Positions 1 through 9,680 are shown, counted from the stretch's first letter. The stretch: 64,000 nucleotides of DNA from an uncultured virus (IMG/VR IMGVR_UViG_3300037440_000397) (IMGVR_UViG_3300037440_000397:1-64000), one strand, 5' to 3'. Numbers and translations: made by a program. The notes: generated from the letters alone by a model not told the origin.

Positions 1-163
1 GGGGTCGCAGTGGGGGCAGGCGTCGGGCTGGATGTCGGTCATCGGGTGCTCCTGTGTGCGCGTGCGGTTTGGTAGAGGGCGCGGCCTGCCCAGCGGAGGG
101 CGAGGAGGATCGCGGAGATGAACGGGGCGCAGACGATGCCGACGCCGAGGCCGTAACCGGGGT

Positions 164-913
164 TCACGACGCCTCCAGCGTGAGATGAGAAAGCCGCTGG
201 GCGGCCAACTCGCAGTACTTCTCATCGGCTTCGATCCCCACGGACCGGCGGCCGATCATGCGCGCTGTCATGAGCGTCGATCCGCTCCCGGCGAAGGGGT
301 CCACGACCAAACCGCCCGGCGGGCACGCGTACTGGATGAGTGGCTGCAAAATCCCGGAAGGCTTCTGGGTCGGATGAACGGCGTGGCCGCGCAAGTTCTT
401 GACGTCGATGACGCTGGTTGCGAGGCGAGTGCCGTCATCCACCCAATCGGCCTTGCCGATCTCCCCGGTGTGCATGCCCGAGGTGACGGTCCGGCGGACG
501 GCACCTTCGTTGCGGCCGCGGTGCGCCACGCGAACGGCGTCGTGGTGTATGGCGTTCCACTCGCCGCGGTACCAGTGCAGAGCGTGCTCGTGGACTCGCC
601 TGAAGCGGTCGGCGGCGAAGCCTGTTCCGGCGTTCTTCTTCCACACCACGTCTTGACTGAGCTTCCAGTCGGTGAACTCCGGGCTGCGGTTGAGGAACAT
701 GCGCATGCTGCCGAAGCACCACATCGAGTTGGCGACGGCCGCGGCGAGGGTGGGCCAGCCGTCGGGCCAGCGGTCCCACGTCAGGTGGTGGGTATCGGCA
801 TACGGCGGGTCGGTGACGATGCAGTCGGCGCGCAGGCCGAGCGCGGGGAGGATCTCGCGCATGTCGCCCAGGTGCAGGGTGACCGACTCGTCCTCGTAGT
901 ACGGGGTGTTCAT
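164..913 (-). CDS. Orphan beta-class N6A/N4C DNA methyltransferase
   Basis: Motif order DPPY ... HPTQKP ... DPFAGSGST; ATG at 913. Confidence 0.9.
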   Translation of the reverse strand: MNTPYYEDESVTLHLGDMREILPALGLRADCIVTDPPYADTHHLTWDRWPDGWPTLAAAVANSMWCFGSMRMFLNRSPEFTDWKLSQDVVWKKNAGTGFAADRFRRVHEHALHWYRGEWNAIHHDAVRVAHRGRNEGAVRRTVTSGMHTGEIGKADWVDDGTRLATSVIDVKNLRGHAVHPTQKPSGILQPLIQYACPPGGLVVDPFAGSGSTLMTARMIGRRSVGIEADEKYCELAAQRLSHLTLEAS

Positions 914-1203
914 GCGGTCTCCTCGTAGTCGAGTGGCTGGCTGTGGGCCCAGGAGGGCGCGCGCGGCCCTGTGCGGTCGCCTGAGGGCTTCCGGGGCCCG
1001 TGAGGCTCCCGACCCCCATTCGGGGCGTGCGGGGCGCCAGGAGCCGCACTGTGGCCTCGTGACGGGCGCAAGGCACGCCACGCCCACGCGATGCCCGCCG
1101 CCATGCTGAGGAGCAGCAGCGTGCCCACGACCGCGAAGACGGCAATCCAGGCGAGGAGCGCCCACAGCATGCGGTCGACGGCCTCGTACACGTCGACGAT
1201 CAC
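910..1203 (-). CDS. Small membrane protein
   Basis: Hydrophobic segment LWALLAWIAVFAVVGTLLLL; overlapping start/stop with neighbours. Confidence 0.6.
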   Translation of the reverse strand: MIVDVYEAVDRMLWALLAWIAVFAVVGTLLLLSMAAGIAWAWRALRPSRGHSAAPGAPHAPNGGREPHGPRKPSGDRTGPRAPSWAHSQPLDYEETA

Positions 1204-1421
1204 GGCGACCGCCTGCTCGGGTCCGTCTCGACGGCGAACGTGGTCGTGACTCGCACGAGCCGGTACCGGCACTTCGGGCTGGCGCCCCGGCGCTCGGCCA
1301 TGAACTCGGCCGCGCGGCTGAGCGGGAACAGGTTGCTGGTGTGGTCGCTCCAGGCGCCGCCGGGCTTGTACTGGATCTGGAGCATCCACGACGTCTGAGG
1401 CGGGCGTTCGTGTCGCGCCAT
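1200..1421 (-). CDS. Hypothetical phage protein
   Basis: ORF packed in the operon with GGAGG RBS. Confidence 0.6.
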   Translation of the reverse strand: MARHERPPQTSWMLQIQYKPGGAWSDHTSNLFPLSRAAEFMAERRGASPKCRYRLVRVTTTFAVETDPSRRSP

Positions 1422-1423
1422 GG

Positions 1424-2197
1424 TCAGGCCTCCTCGTCGGGCTGCGCCACAACAGCGGGCGCGGCTTCGGCAAGTGCTGCACCCAGGGCGTCACGGAGCT
1501 GGCCAGCGGCCTGGACCTGGAGAATCAACTGCCCGGCAGGAGCGAACTCGGCGAGGTTGACGGCCTTGTTGATCCACACGGCTACCCGTCCGTCGTGGTG
1601 GACGGCACCGGCGGACTCGTCCCAGAACAGCAGCGGCGGCTCGGTCTCGGGCTGTGGCGTCTCGTCGGCCATGCGGTCGAAGGTGTCGGCGAAGGCTCCG
1701 CGCCTCACCGCTACGGCAGCTTCACGGAATGCCTCGGCGCGGACGGCGGCCTGGTCGATGCTCGCGGGCAGCACGGACAGGACCGCGTCGGCGATCTCGT
1801 AACTACGGGCCCTCGCAATGACCTTCGGCAGCGTGTCGAGCAGGATCGGCACCGCCACATCGGCGATGTGGTCGCGGAGGTCGGCCCGGTCTGTGGCAGG
1901 CGCAGGCCCGGCAGACACGACGGCAGGCTCGTAGGTCTCCGCGAGCACGTCCTCAGCGACCGGATAAAACTCGCCCTTCACACCACACACGACGTGCTGC
2001 CCGGTGTACACGCCGACCCACGTGGAGTGCAGGACGTCGAAGACCTGCGCGGTGATCTCCGGGTCCTCGGCGCGGTCCTCCGGCGGGACGGCCTCGAAGC
2101 GGTGGTTGGTGAAGGCGATCAGCTCGGCTTCGTTGCTGCCAGTCCACTGGACGGTGTCGACCTCGATGGGGCGTTTGCGGTAGCGGGTGATGGTCAC
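1424..2197 (-). CDS. Conserved phage protein (YRKRPIEV...QWTG N-terminus)
   Basis: N-terminal motif common in phage early genes; GGAGG RBS. Confidence 0.7.
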   Translation of the reverse strand: MTITRYRKRPIEVDTVQWTGSNEAELIAFTNHRFEAVPPEDRAEDPEITAQVFDVLHSTWVGVYTGQHVVCGVKGEFYPVAEDVLAETYEPAVVSAGPAPATDRADLRDHIADVAVPILLDTLPKVIARARSYEIADAVLSVLPASIDQAAVRAEAFREAAVAVRRGAFADTFDRMADETPQPETEPPLLFWDESAGAVHHDGRVAVWINKAVNLAEFAPAGQLILQVQAAGQLRDALGAALAEAAPAVVAQPDEEA

Positions 2198-2236
2198 GGT
2201 GTGGCTCCTCCGGTGTGGGTGTGCGGGGGCGGACGA

Positions 2237-2590
2237 TCAGACGGCGGCGGGCGGGTTGCGGCGGTAGACGTCGAGTGCGGTGCGCCCGTTGACGATCAGG
2301 TGCGGGGCGGCCTGCTTGGCGAGCTGCTGCGCAGTGCTGAGGCCGAAGCGATGCGTGGCGATCCACGCGTCATCGCGCTCCGAGGGCCGCGGCTCGTACT
2401 CCCACACGCCATCAGCGCCGAGACAGAACGGCCGGTCGAGGACCGCCCACGAGTCGGGGCCGCGCCACTCGATGCTGATCGTGAAGTGGCGGCGGGGCTC
2501 GGCGTCGGCGGGGAAGATCGACACCTCATAGCGGGTGGCTTCGACGAACGGGATGGGCGGCTGGTCGTGGTGTTGGGGTGTGGTGGGCAC
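2237..2590 (-). CDS. Hypothetical phage protein
   Basis: ORF with RBS and protein-like composition. Confidence 0.65.
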   Translation of the reverse strand: MPTTPQHHDQPPIPFVEATRYEVSIFPADAEPRRHFTISIEWRGPDSWAVLDRPFCLGADGVWEYEPRPSERDDAWIATHRFGLSTAQQLAKQAAPHLIVNGRTALDVYRRNPPAAV

Positions 2591-2630
2591 GGCGTGGCTC
2601 CTCGCGCGAGGTAGTGATCGACTTGCGGGT

Positions 2631-2825
2631 TTAGGCGGCTTCGGGCTGGTCGACGAGGTGGAGGTGCGGCCGGCGGTCGCGGTGGTAGGTCCAGTCGTCG
2701 AGGGCTTCTAGGAGGGCGGCGACGTGGGCGGCTTGCTGGTCGGGCGTCCATGTGGGGCGACGGTCTGCGGGTGCGGGCCTGGTCGGGATCGCCTCACTCA
2801 TCAGCCGCTCGTACGGGCTCGTCAT
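2631..2825 (-). CDS. Hypothetical protein (MTSPYERLM...)
   Basis: ATGA overlap with the upstream gene. Confidence 0.6.
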   Translation of the reverse strand: MTSPYERLMSEAIPTRPAPADRRPTWTPDQQAAHVAALLEALDDWTYHRDRRPHLHLVDQPEAA

Positions 2826-3085
2826 GCGACGGCCTCGGCTTCCTGGTAGCGGCGGTGGTGGACGGCACGCAGCGGCATGGGGTGGCCGCTGGCGGTGCGG
2901 CAAGCAATGCCGGGGGTGACTTGGCATTGGGGGCAGCAGGCGGTTTCGCGGGCCCATTGGGCGGCGCGGCGGGGGTGCGGCTGGTTGAGGGGGCGGCCGA
3001 GGAGGGTTTTGCAGGGTTGGCCGGTGGGGGCGTGGCAGCCGGGGCAGGGGATGGTGTGGGCGTGGTGGGTGGTGTGGGTGGTCAT
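2822..3085 (-). CDS. Double zinc-finger protein
   Basis: Two CPxC-x7-C...H motifs. Confidence 0.7.
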   Translation of the reverse strand: MTTHTTHHAHTIPCPGCHAPTGQPCKTLLGRPLNQPHPRRAAQWARETACCPQCQVTPGIACRTASGHPMPLRAVHHRRYQEAEAVA

Positions 3086-3258
3086 TCGGGTTCTCCGGTC
3101 TGCTGGTCGCGGGCGGCGGCGGTGTGGGCGGTGTGTGCGGTTTTGCGTGCATCGTGGGATGCGATGGCGAGTTTCCGGCCGCGGGGGCTGGTGCAACGCT
3201 GGCCGGGCGGGGCTTGGCACCAGGGGCAGCGGATGGACCACTCGGGGAGCTGGGTCAC
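3082..3258 (-). CDS. 58-aa zinc-finger protein (below ORF-track cutoff)
   Basis: VTQLPEWSIRCPWCQAPPGQRC...SHDAR; 4-nt overlaps on both sides. Confidence 0.65.
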   Translation of the reverse strand: MTQLPEWSIRCPWCQAPPGQRCTSPRGRKLAIASHDARKTAHTAHTAAARDQQTGEPE

Positions 3259-3986
3259 GACGTTTCGGTCTCGCGGATCTGGTCCTGGAACTCCTGAAGC
3301 TGAGCGCGCTCCTCGGGGGGAAGCTGGCTGAGGTAGGCGGCTGCGGCTTCCTTACGGGCGGCGATCTGGTTGGTGTCTTCGCGAGGGAGGTCGTGGGCGT
3401 CGCGGGCTGCGCGGCGGCGGACGGCATGCGGGACGGTGCGCGGGCTGCCGTTGCTGCGGCAGTGCCTGCCGAGGGGGGCGAGGCAGGCGGGGCATGCCAC
3501 GGTGAGGGGGCCGACGCGTACCGGCCGGCGGCTGCCGCTCGCATCGTCGTCGGGTACGTCGTGGCCGACTGCGGCAAGTTCACGGAGCAGCCGCGGGTCG
3601 GGAGTACCTGGGCCGAGGGCGCGGAGTCCGGTGTCCGGTCCGATGCGGCCGTCAGCAAGGGCAGCGGTACGGGCGCGGAGCCGGGCCAGGTACTGCTCCG
3701 GAGTCTCGTCCGGGTCGCCGTCGTAGCGGAGGTTGGCTACGCGTTCGCGGCGGGCCCGCTTGGCGATGTCGATCAAATCGACTGCGGTTGCCCGGTAGCG
3801 GTCCTGCGGCTGGCGGCGGGCCATCTCCTGGTAGAAGGCGGTGAGTGCGGTTTCGGCGTCGGCGCGGGTGAGTCCTGCGGCGGACAGGTCGGCGTGCCAG
3901 GCGAGGATGTCGGCTCGTCCGACGGTGCGTTGGTCGCGGGCGGCGGCGAGGCCGAGGAGTGTTGAGGCGTCTTCGTAGGTGATCAC
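3255..3986 (-). CDS. Putative helicase-loader-like replication protein with C-terminal zinc finger
   Basis: Directly follows rep; AAARDQRTVG...W N-terminus; CPAC...C...H. Confidence 0.6.
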   Translation of the reverse strand: MITYEDASTLLGLAAARDQRTVGRADILAWHADLSAAGLTRADAETALTAFYQEMARRQPQDRYRATAVDLIDIAKRARRERVANLRYDGDPDETPEQYLARLRARTAALADGRIGPDTGLRALGPGTPDPRLLRELAAVGHDVPDDDASGSRRPVRVGPLTVACPACLAPLGRHCRSNGSPRTVPHAVRRRAARDAHDLPREDTNQIAARKEAAAAYLSQLPPEERAQLQEFQDQIRETETS

Positions 3987-4954
3987 TGGGCCTCCTTGTG
4001 GGCGGCTTCGTATTCGGCTTGCATCTGCCGGCCGAGGTCGAGGGCGGCTTGGACGCGGGCGTCGGTGGTGGAGGGGCGGGGCTGGGTGAAGGGCACGACG
4101 TTGGTGCTGGGGCGGGTGGCGCGCTCGGACGCGTACTTCGCGGAGCGGCGGATCCACTTCTGCCATTCGGTCGGCCAGTTGGGGCGGCGGACGTTTTGGG
4201 CGCGGAAGTGGTCGACGAATTGGGCGGTCTCGTAGTCGAGGTCGAGGTTGGGGCCGAAGGTGCGGAGGGCCCAGGCGCGCATGGCGTCGGTGAGTTGGAA
4301 GCCGTCGATGTCGATCGGGGAGGGCGCGTCAGCGTCAAGATCGGGCGCGCTACTAACCGCACCTTCCCCACCTACATCAGCCATAGAAGGGGTTGGGGTC
4401 GGGACGGGACGGGACGGGGCGCCGTTAGTAACGCCGTTACGAATCTCTGTGACCTGCGGTTCTGTCTTCAGAACGGAGCGACTTGGGGTCGCCGTCGTGT
4501 CGCCGTCGTGTCGCCGTCGTGCTGCGTTCGTGTCGCCGTCGTGCGTTTCTCCGGTGCGCGTAACGCCGTTACTAACGCCGTTACTTGACGGGGCGCCGGG
4601 GCCCGGCGGGACCGGCTTTCCGTTCTTGCGGCGGCGGAACTTCTCCTGTCTTTCGGCGTTCTTCTTCCGCTCGGCGATCACCTGTTCGCGGGACGGGTTG
4701 TAGTCGAGGAAGTCGTGGATGGCCCAGCCGTCGTCGGTGCGGTCCCACAGGCCGGCGTCTTCGAGTTGCTTCGCGGTCGCCTTCAGGCCCCGGATGTGTG
4801 CGACGAGAGTCAGTTCGCGGTCGGTGATGCGTCCGTCCGTGAGGTTTTCGGAGCACCAGCAGATCGCGGAGATGTGCAGCCGGAACGCCCGGTCGGACAG
4901 CAAGGCGATCTTGCGGTGCGACGGGAACCGGTCGTCGAGCTTGACCCAGGGCAT
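3983..4954 (-). CDS. Replication initiator (actinophage RepA-like, wHTH)
   Basis: MPWVKLDDRF...W...NLTDG N-terminus; C-terminal F.DHF...W...W..W motif; internal iterons. Confidence 0.8.
   Translation of the reverse strand: MPWVKLDDRFPSHRKIALLSDRAFRLHISAICWCSENLTDGRITDRELTLVAHIRGLKATAKQLEDAGLWDRTDDGWAIHDFLDYNPSREQVIAERKKNAERQEKFRRRKNGKPVPPGPGAPSSNGVSNGVTRTGETHDGDTNAARRRHDGDTTATPSRSVLKTEPQVTEIRNGVTNGAPSRPVPTPTPSMADVGGEGAVSSAPDLDADAPSPIDIDGFQLTDAMRAWALRTFGPNLDLDYETAQFVDHFRAQNVRRPNWPTEWQKWIRRSAKYASERATRPSTNVVPFTQPRPSTTDARVQAALDLGRQMQAEYEAAHKEAQ
4421..4584. repeat. Putative replication origin iterons inside rep
   Basis: Palindrome GTAACGCCGTTAC at 4428 and 4560 (variant at 4572); GTCGCCGTCGT at 4488, 4499, 4510 and 4532. 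Confidence 0.7.
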
Positions 4955-5023
4955 CTGCACTTCTTTCGGTCGTGCTGGTCGGGGAAAGCGGTGGGCCGCC
5001 CGCGGTGGACGGCCCGGGGCGGT

Positions 5024-5665
5024 CTAGGGCTCGTCGAGGAGGAGCTTGATGAGGCGGGCGATGTCGTCCGGGCCGAGGTGCTTGCGCAGGGTGCGGGCGA
5101 TCGACTCAGGCGACGTGAGGACGACCCGGGGCTTGCGCCAGCCCTTCTCGCGGGCGGCGGCATTCGCGGTGACCTCGCCGTTGACGACCTGCTCGGCGAG
5201 GGCGGGATCGTCACGCTTCAGCCGGGCGACGACCTTGTCCTTGGTGTCCGGCCTACCGACAGAAATGAACGTGTCACGTTCTTTTTGGGGGCGCCCCTGA
5301 GGGAGGGCAGGCTGCGTCTCATCCGCGATGAGTCGGGCGACCTCAGCGCGCATCGCGTCCATCCGCTCACGGACCGACGCCGCACCCTCACCCGGGTGCT
5401 GAAGCTGGAGGAGCGCCCGGAGTTGCTTGATGGAGTAGCCGAGACCGAATGGCGGGTTCGCCTCCACGAACCGGCGGAACGACGCGAACGGCTCCGGTCG
5501 GTCGGGCCCGGACGGGACCTTGCGCCACGTCCCGTCTTCGACGATCGCGGCCAGCCCCTCCAGCGCGCTTCCAGGAGAACCGCCGTCCCTGCGAAGGATG
5601 TGCTCCACCCGGTGTACGCGGCGCTGCTCGGGCGTCAGATCGCCGCCAGACACCACCCGGGTCAC
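5024..5665 (-). CDS. Hypothetical protein coupled to the HNH-helicase
   Basis: GTGA overlap at 5662-5665. Confidence 0.7.
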   Translation of the reverse strand: MTRVVSGGDLTPEQRRVHRVEHILRRDGGSPGSALEGLAAIVEDGTWRKVPSGPDRPEPFASFRRFVEANPPFGLGYSIKQLRALLQLQHPGEGAASVRERMDAMRAEVARLIADETQPALPQGRPQKERDTFISVGRPDTKDKVVARLKRDDPALAEQVVNGEVTANAAAREKGWRKPRVVLTSPESIARTLRKHLGPDDIARLIKLLLDEP

Positions 5666-7686
5666 GACCGCCCCCGGATCGTCTTGGCTGCCCGCAGGCG
5701 AGCCTCAGCGTCCTCGACGGTACGTACTTCGTCAGAGCTGAAGCCGGCCATCTCGTTCACCCGCTTGGTGGTCTTGCCGATGAACTTTCCGTAGTCAGTC
5801 CGGCCGCCGGTGATGCCGCGGTCCGCGAGGTATGCCTTGATCTGCTCGTAGGTGTCGCTGTTCAGCTTTTCGATCTGCTGCTTGTCCGTCATGGGGGGCG
5901 CCGGCTGCGCTGTATCGGGCATGGGCTGCTGAGGGAACTCAACGGACATGACGTCTTCGGGTACGGAGGCCTTCGACCACTGGCCGAGCAGTTCAGCGAA
6001 CGCCACCAGCTTCGTCACGTCGTCGACCATGCCAAGGTGCGACTTCGCCGAGTTGATAAGCAGCCGCTGGTCGTGATCCGCCTCGGCATCGTTGCTGACG
6101 GCCCGGATCTTCGTGATGTCTGTGGACTCGATATACGTCAACTGATCGTGCTCGGCCGGCTTGCGGCTGGAGTCATCCTCGTCCCGAGTGCGCTCCTGGC
6201 GGCGGCGCATGCCCTCGTCCTGCTCCTCGCGGAGCTGACCGAGGAACTCCTGCATCTGCGGGTCGTCCGGGGCGATGATGTGACAGGTCTGCTCGTCGAA
6301 CGGCTCGTCGTCCCACACGCGCAGGCCGCGGCCGACGAGCTGCATCAGGTGACCCTGATCCCGATAGTGGGTGAGGACACCGACGACGGTAATGGGCTTG
6401 CAGTCGTAGCCGATGAACGCCATACGGACCGTGACGAGGATGTCTGCCGGCTGGGTCTTGAAGTCCTGCAAGGCCTTCTGGGCCGCGGCGCCATCGGCAG
6501 ACACGGCGATGTGAACACGCAGACCCGGGTACTTGGCCAGCAGGTAGTCCCTGACGGTCTCGGCGTCCTTCTTTTCCATGCATGAGATCAGGCCGCGATA
6601 CGCCGGGTTAAGGACCTGCTTTTCCCGCACGCTCCGGACGACCATGTCCGCCATCGGCTGCCAGGTGGTAGGCATTCGAAGGATCGGCTGGAGGTTGGAC
6701 TCCCGGCTTGAGAGCTGGTACTCAACGGACCACTGGCGGCCGACATCGGTTTCCTTCACGGGACCGTCGTGCAGCAGCATCTCAAAGCGGCGCAGGTACT
6801 CGCCGTCGATGCCGTCGGCGTAGGTGGCCTCGGCGTGGCGGATGAGGCGCTCCTTGCCTTTCTCGTCCGGGTCGGCGTAGTCGGCGAGGATGAGCTTGCG
6901 ACCGTCGGAGCGGTAAGGCGTCCCGGTGAGCAGAACGGTGTGGGCAGCGTGCTCGTGCATCTCCTTGATGAAGTGCCCGGCGCGGGTGCCTCCCCCGTTG
7001 TTGTTCTCGTCGCCGCAGAATTGGGCCTCGTCGGCGACCAGCAGGAACCGACCCTTGTGCTCCTCAGCCCAGCCAATGAATTCCTCAGGACGGGTGGCGA
7101 GTGCGGCGTAGGTGGAGACGAAGCCGGTGCCGACTGCTCCGGGTTGCGTCAGCGGCGGCCGGGCGTCGCTGTGCCGGATCTTCCCGAAGTGTGACTTCGC
7201 GTCGAACAGCTTGAAGTGTCCGTACAGCTCTCCGGTGTCCTTGTCCCGGCGCATCCAGTCGAGTTCGCACTGCTGGGCCAGGCTGATACGAGGAACGAAC
7301 ACGGCCAGATAGTCGATATGCCCGTGCCGCACAAGGTGTGTGGCTGCGGCCTGGTATGTGAGTGTTTTGCCAGTGCCGGGCGTTCCGAGCGCGACGGTGA
7401 AGCGGCGGTCGGTCGCGAGCCCGTCGAAGATTGCTTCGATGACGTCGGCCTGGAAGGGGCGTGGGTCGAAGGTGTCCGTGTAGGTCAAGGTTGATCCTTT
7501 GGTGAGGTTGCAGACCGGGCAGAGAGCACGGCCGTTCTGGACTCGGGTCGATCCGCCTTTGCTCCACGGGGTGTCGTGGTCGGCGTGCCAGCCGTGGTCG
7601 AGGGGCGTGGCGCAGGATTCGCAGCGGCCGTTTGCGCGCCAATACAGGTGAGCTCGCTGCCTTCGCGAGAAGAGGCGCCTGGCCAT
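5662..7686 (-). CDS. HNH endonuclease-SF2 (ResIII-like) helicase fusion
   Basis: CESC...HADHDTPWSKGG...N...LCPVCN; Walker A GTPGTGKT, DEAQ, TGTP, QLVGRGLR. Confidence 0.85.
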   Translation of the reverse strand: MARRLFSRRQRAHLYWRANGRCESCATPLDHGWHADHDTPWSKGGSTRVQNGRALCPVCNLTKGSTLTYTDTFDPRPFQADVIEAIFDGLATDRRFTVALGTPGTGKTLTYQAAATHLVRHGHIDYLAVFVPRISLAQQCELDWMRRDKDTGELYGHFKLFDAKSHFGKIRHSDARPPLTQPGAVGTGFVSTYAALATRPEEFIGWAEEHKGRFLLVADEAQFCGDENNNGGGTRAGHFIKEMHEHAAHTVLLTGTPYRSDGRKLILADYADPDEKGKERLIRHAEATYADGIDGEYLRRFEMLLHDGPVKETDVGRQWSVEYQLSSRESNLQPILRMPTTWQPMADMVVRSVREKQVLNPAYRGLISCMEKKDAETVRDYLLAKYPGLRVHIAVSADGAAAQKALQDFKTQPADILVTVRMAFIGYDCKPITVVGVLTHYRDQGHLMQLVGRGLRVWDDEPFDEQTCHIIAPDDPQMQEFLGQLREEQDEGMRRRQERTRDEDDSSRKPAEHDQLTYIESTDITKIRAVSNDAEADHDQRLLINSAKSHLGMVDDVTKLVAFAELLGQWSKASVPEDVMSVEFPQQPMPDTAQPAPPMTDKQQIEKLNSDTYEQIKAYLADRGITGGRTDYGKFIGKTTKRVNEMAGFSSDEVRTVEDAEARLRAAKTIRGRS

Positions 7687-7745
7687 GGAGCTGCCTTTCT
7701 GCTCGGTCTGGTGGTTCGGTCCGGCGTACTGCCATACTACTTTAA

Positions 7746-7769
7746 AGATTGGCCAGATTGGAGAGATTG
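7746..7769 (+). promoter_or_regulatory. Three AGATTG direct repeats at 9-bp period in a divergent promoter region
   Basis: Copies at 7746, 7755 and 7764. Confidence 0.5.
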
Positions 7770-7790
7770 ACCATGACTTACACTCTTGCC

Positions 7791-8069
7791 ATGGGTGCTG
7801 ACCAGGAGATTCGGATTGCGGACGACGGCGTCGCGGAGGTGTCCATGACCGGCGCGCGCGCGAACCTGACGCGGCTGATCCGCATGGTCCGCGAGCGCTC
7901 CACCCGGGCTGCTGCGTTCACTGAGCGCAAGGAGCGCCGGGTGTACGTCGTCACGCCGGAGTTCTACGAGGAAGCCGACCAGGCCCGGCCGCTGGTTCAG
8001 GCGTTCGCGCACATGCCGGAGAGCGAGCGCGAACAGGTGCTGAAGCTTGTGCGGCCCTATTGGCCGTAG
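7791..8069 (+). CDS. Phd/YefM-like DNA-binding protein
   Basis: VSMTGARANLTRLIRMV...AFTER...VYVV Phd-like pattern; start could be 7773. Confidence 0.7.
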   Translation: MGADQEIRIADDGVAEVSMTGARANLTRLIRMVRERSTRAAAFTERKERRVYVVTPEFYEEADQARPLVQAFAHMPESEREQVLKLVRPYWP

Positions 8070-8103
8070 CGCTGATCGCACCGTCTCCTCCTCTCTTCCC
8101 GGG

Positions 8104-8128
8104 GCCCCGCACTGTGCTGGTGCGGGGC
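8104..8128. terminator. Hairpin terminator between convergent genes
   Basis: GCCCCGCAC-loop-GTGCGGGGC. Confidence 0.6.
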
Positions 8129-8140
8129 TTCGTGCTGCGG

Positions 8141-8338
8141 CTACTGCGGGTGGTCGGCTTCAGCGAGCGGCCCGTGTTCGGCGACGAGGACCCGCCACCG
8201 GATGTAGTGGCTGCCGGTGCACGTCCAGCGGGCCCGGTGGCGGGTCCACAGGCGGCCGGTCCGGTCACGCACCTTGTGCACGCCGGCCGGAGCCTGGAAG
8301 GAGCCGGGACCGTCCGGCTTCCAGATACGGGCGGCCAT
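8141..8338 (-). CDS. Small phage protein (VRDRTGRLW...W..L..EHGPL)
   Basis: Motif common in small actinophage proteins. Confidence 0.65.
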   Translation of the reverse strand: MAARIWKPDGPGSFQAPAGVHKVRDRTGRLWTRHRARWTCTGSHYIRWRVLVAEHGPLAEADHPQ

Positions 8339-8538
8339 CAGCCGTCCGTCTTTCGGATGCCGCCGCCGGGTGCCCGCAACGTCACGCCGGCCTCCAGCAG
8401 CAGTGCACGGGTCCCGCCGTATGAGCGGCCGAGTTGGTCGGCGACGGATCGGATGGTGGCGCCTTGCGCGTACAGGTCCGCGGCTTGAAGGCGGACTCGT
8501 ACGCGTTCGGCGCCTTTGGTGTAGGGGCGTTTCTCCAT
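8338..8538 (-). CDS. HTH DNA-binding protein
   Basis: YAQGATIRSVADQLGRSYG...LLEAGVTLR. Confidence 0.8.
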   Translation of the reverse strand: MEKRPYTKGAERVRVRLQAADLYAQGATIRSVADQLGRSYGGTRALLLEAGVTLRAPGGGIRKTDG

Positions 8539-8657
8539 GGGTGGTGCCTTTCTCGTGGTGGATGGGGGTCCCGGGCCTCGCGCCGGGGGGAGGGGTCGCG
8601 AGGCCCGGGAGGGCGGTCGACGCGTGGGGGTGCGAGCCGACCGCCAGTTCGGGTGGC

Positions 8658-9098
8658 TTAGAGGTGGGCGTCGATGGCTTGGCCGATGCCCTGCACCAGC
8701 GCGGTGCGCATCTCGTCGGGTATGCCGGGTTCGAAGGCGAAGTGGATGCGGGCGATGGGTTTGCCGTCGCCGTCGAGGGTGATGACGTGCTCGTCGCTGG
8801 GTTCGAGGTCGTCGGCGCCGAGGTTGATGGCCCACTCGGACACGTCGGCCGCTTTGCCGAGCAGGTCGTCGATGGCGCGCTGGGCGTTGTCGTAGGAGTC
8901 CTCGTCGAGTTCGTCCCACGTGCGACCGGTGACCGGCTCGGTGCCCGTCGACGGGTCGGGGTCGACGATCGTGGAGTCGATGAACTCGCCCTCCATGCGC
9001 TCGCCGATGCCCATGTAGTCGGGGTCGGTGAGGAGGGTGGCATGCTGGCGGGCGGCCTCAAGGCGGAGGTCTTCGTCGGTGTATGGGCGGTCGGTCAC
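8658..9098 (-). CDS. Hypothetical acidic protein
   Basis: AAGGAG RBS, GTG at 9098. Confidence 0.65.
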   Translation of the reverse strand: MTDRPYTDEDLRLEAARQHATLLTDPDYMGIGERMEGEFIDSTIVDPDPSTGTEPVTGRTWDELDEDSYDNAQRAIDDLLGKAADVSEWAINLGADDLEPSDEHVITLDGDGKPIARIHFAFEPGIPDEMRTALVQGIGQAIDAHL

Positions 9099-9162
9099 GG
9101 TGTTCTCCTTGTGGTGGGTGCCCCGGCCGATTCGCCCGGCCGGGGCGTTCTTGTGTGGGCGG

Positions 9163-9381
9163 TCAGGCGAGGTGTTCGTTCTCGTACGCCTCCGCGGCTT
9201 CCGCAGCCCGGACCGCGAGGGCCTCCTCTGCGCACGACTTGTGCGCTGGAGACCGTTTCGAGTCGCGGAGGTTCGTCGGCCGCTGGCAGTACCGGCACGG
9301 CTTCTCGGTCCAGGACCAGTGCGAGGCGTCACGCCAGTCGAGGAGCGGCGGCGGGTCCGGGCCCGCGGGTTCGCCGGTCAC
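9163..9381 (-). CDS. Small zinc-binding protein
   Basis: CRYC...HKSC. Confidence 0.6.
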   Translation of the reverse strand: MTGEPAGPDPPPLLDWRDASHWSWTEKPCRYCQRPTNLRDSKRSPAHKSCAEEALAVRAAEAAEAYENEHLA

Positions 9382-9680
9382 GGTCGCCTGCCTGCGTCGC
9401 GGAGCTTCACATACAGGCGGACCCGCTGCCGCGGCGTGAGCCCCGCGTACACGCCCCAGCGGGACAGCGACGACCGGCCGCCCTCATGGCGCAGGCAGTC
9501 GGCCAGACACATCCGCCACACCGGGCACGTTGCGCAGATCCGGCGGGCGGCCGCGATCCCGTGGACGTTGTTGTCCGGGAAGAAGGTGTCCGGCTTCACC
9601 CCGCTGGCGCGGCAGGCGGCGTGTTGCAGCCAGGCGCGGGCGGGTTCGGTGTCGGGGACGGCGCCGGTGTAGTTGTTCAC
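9378..9680 (-). CDS. whiB: WhiB-family transcription factor
   Basis: W..AAC...FFP...ICATCPV...C...GVYAGLT. Confidence 0.9.
   Translation of the reverse strand: MNNYTGAVPDTEPARAWLQHAACRASGVKPDTFFPDNNVHGIAAARRICATCPVWRMCLADCLRHEGGRSSLSRWGVYAGLTPRQRVRLYVKLRDAGRRP

Noticed and set aside
7791..8338. Type II toxin-antitoxin pair
   Set aside because: The Phd-like gene has no co-oriented toxin; the next gene is convergent and separated by a terminator
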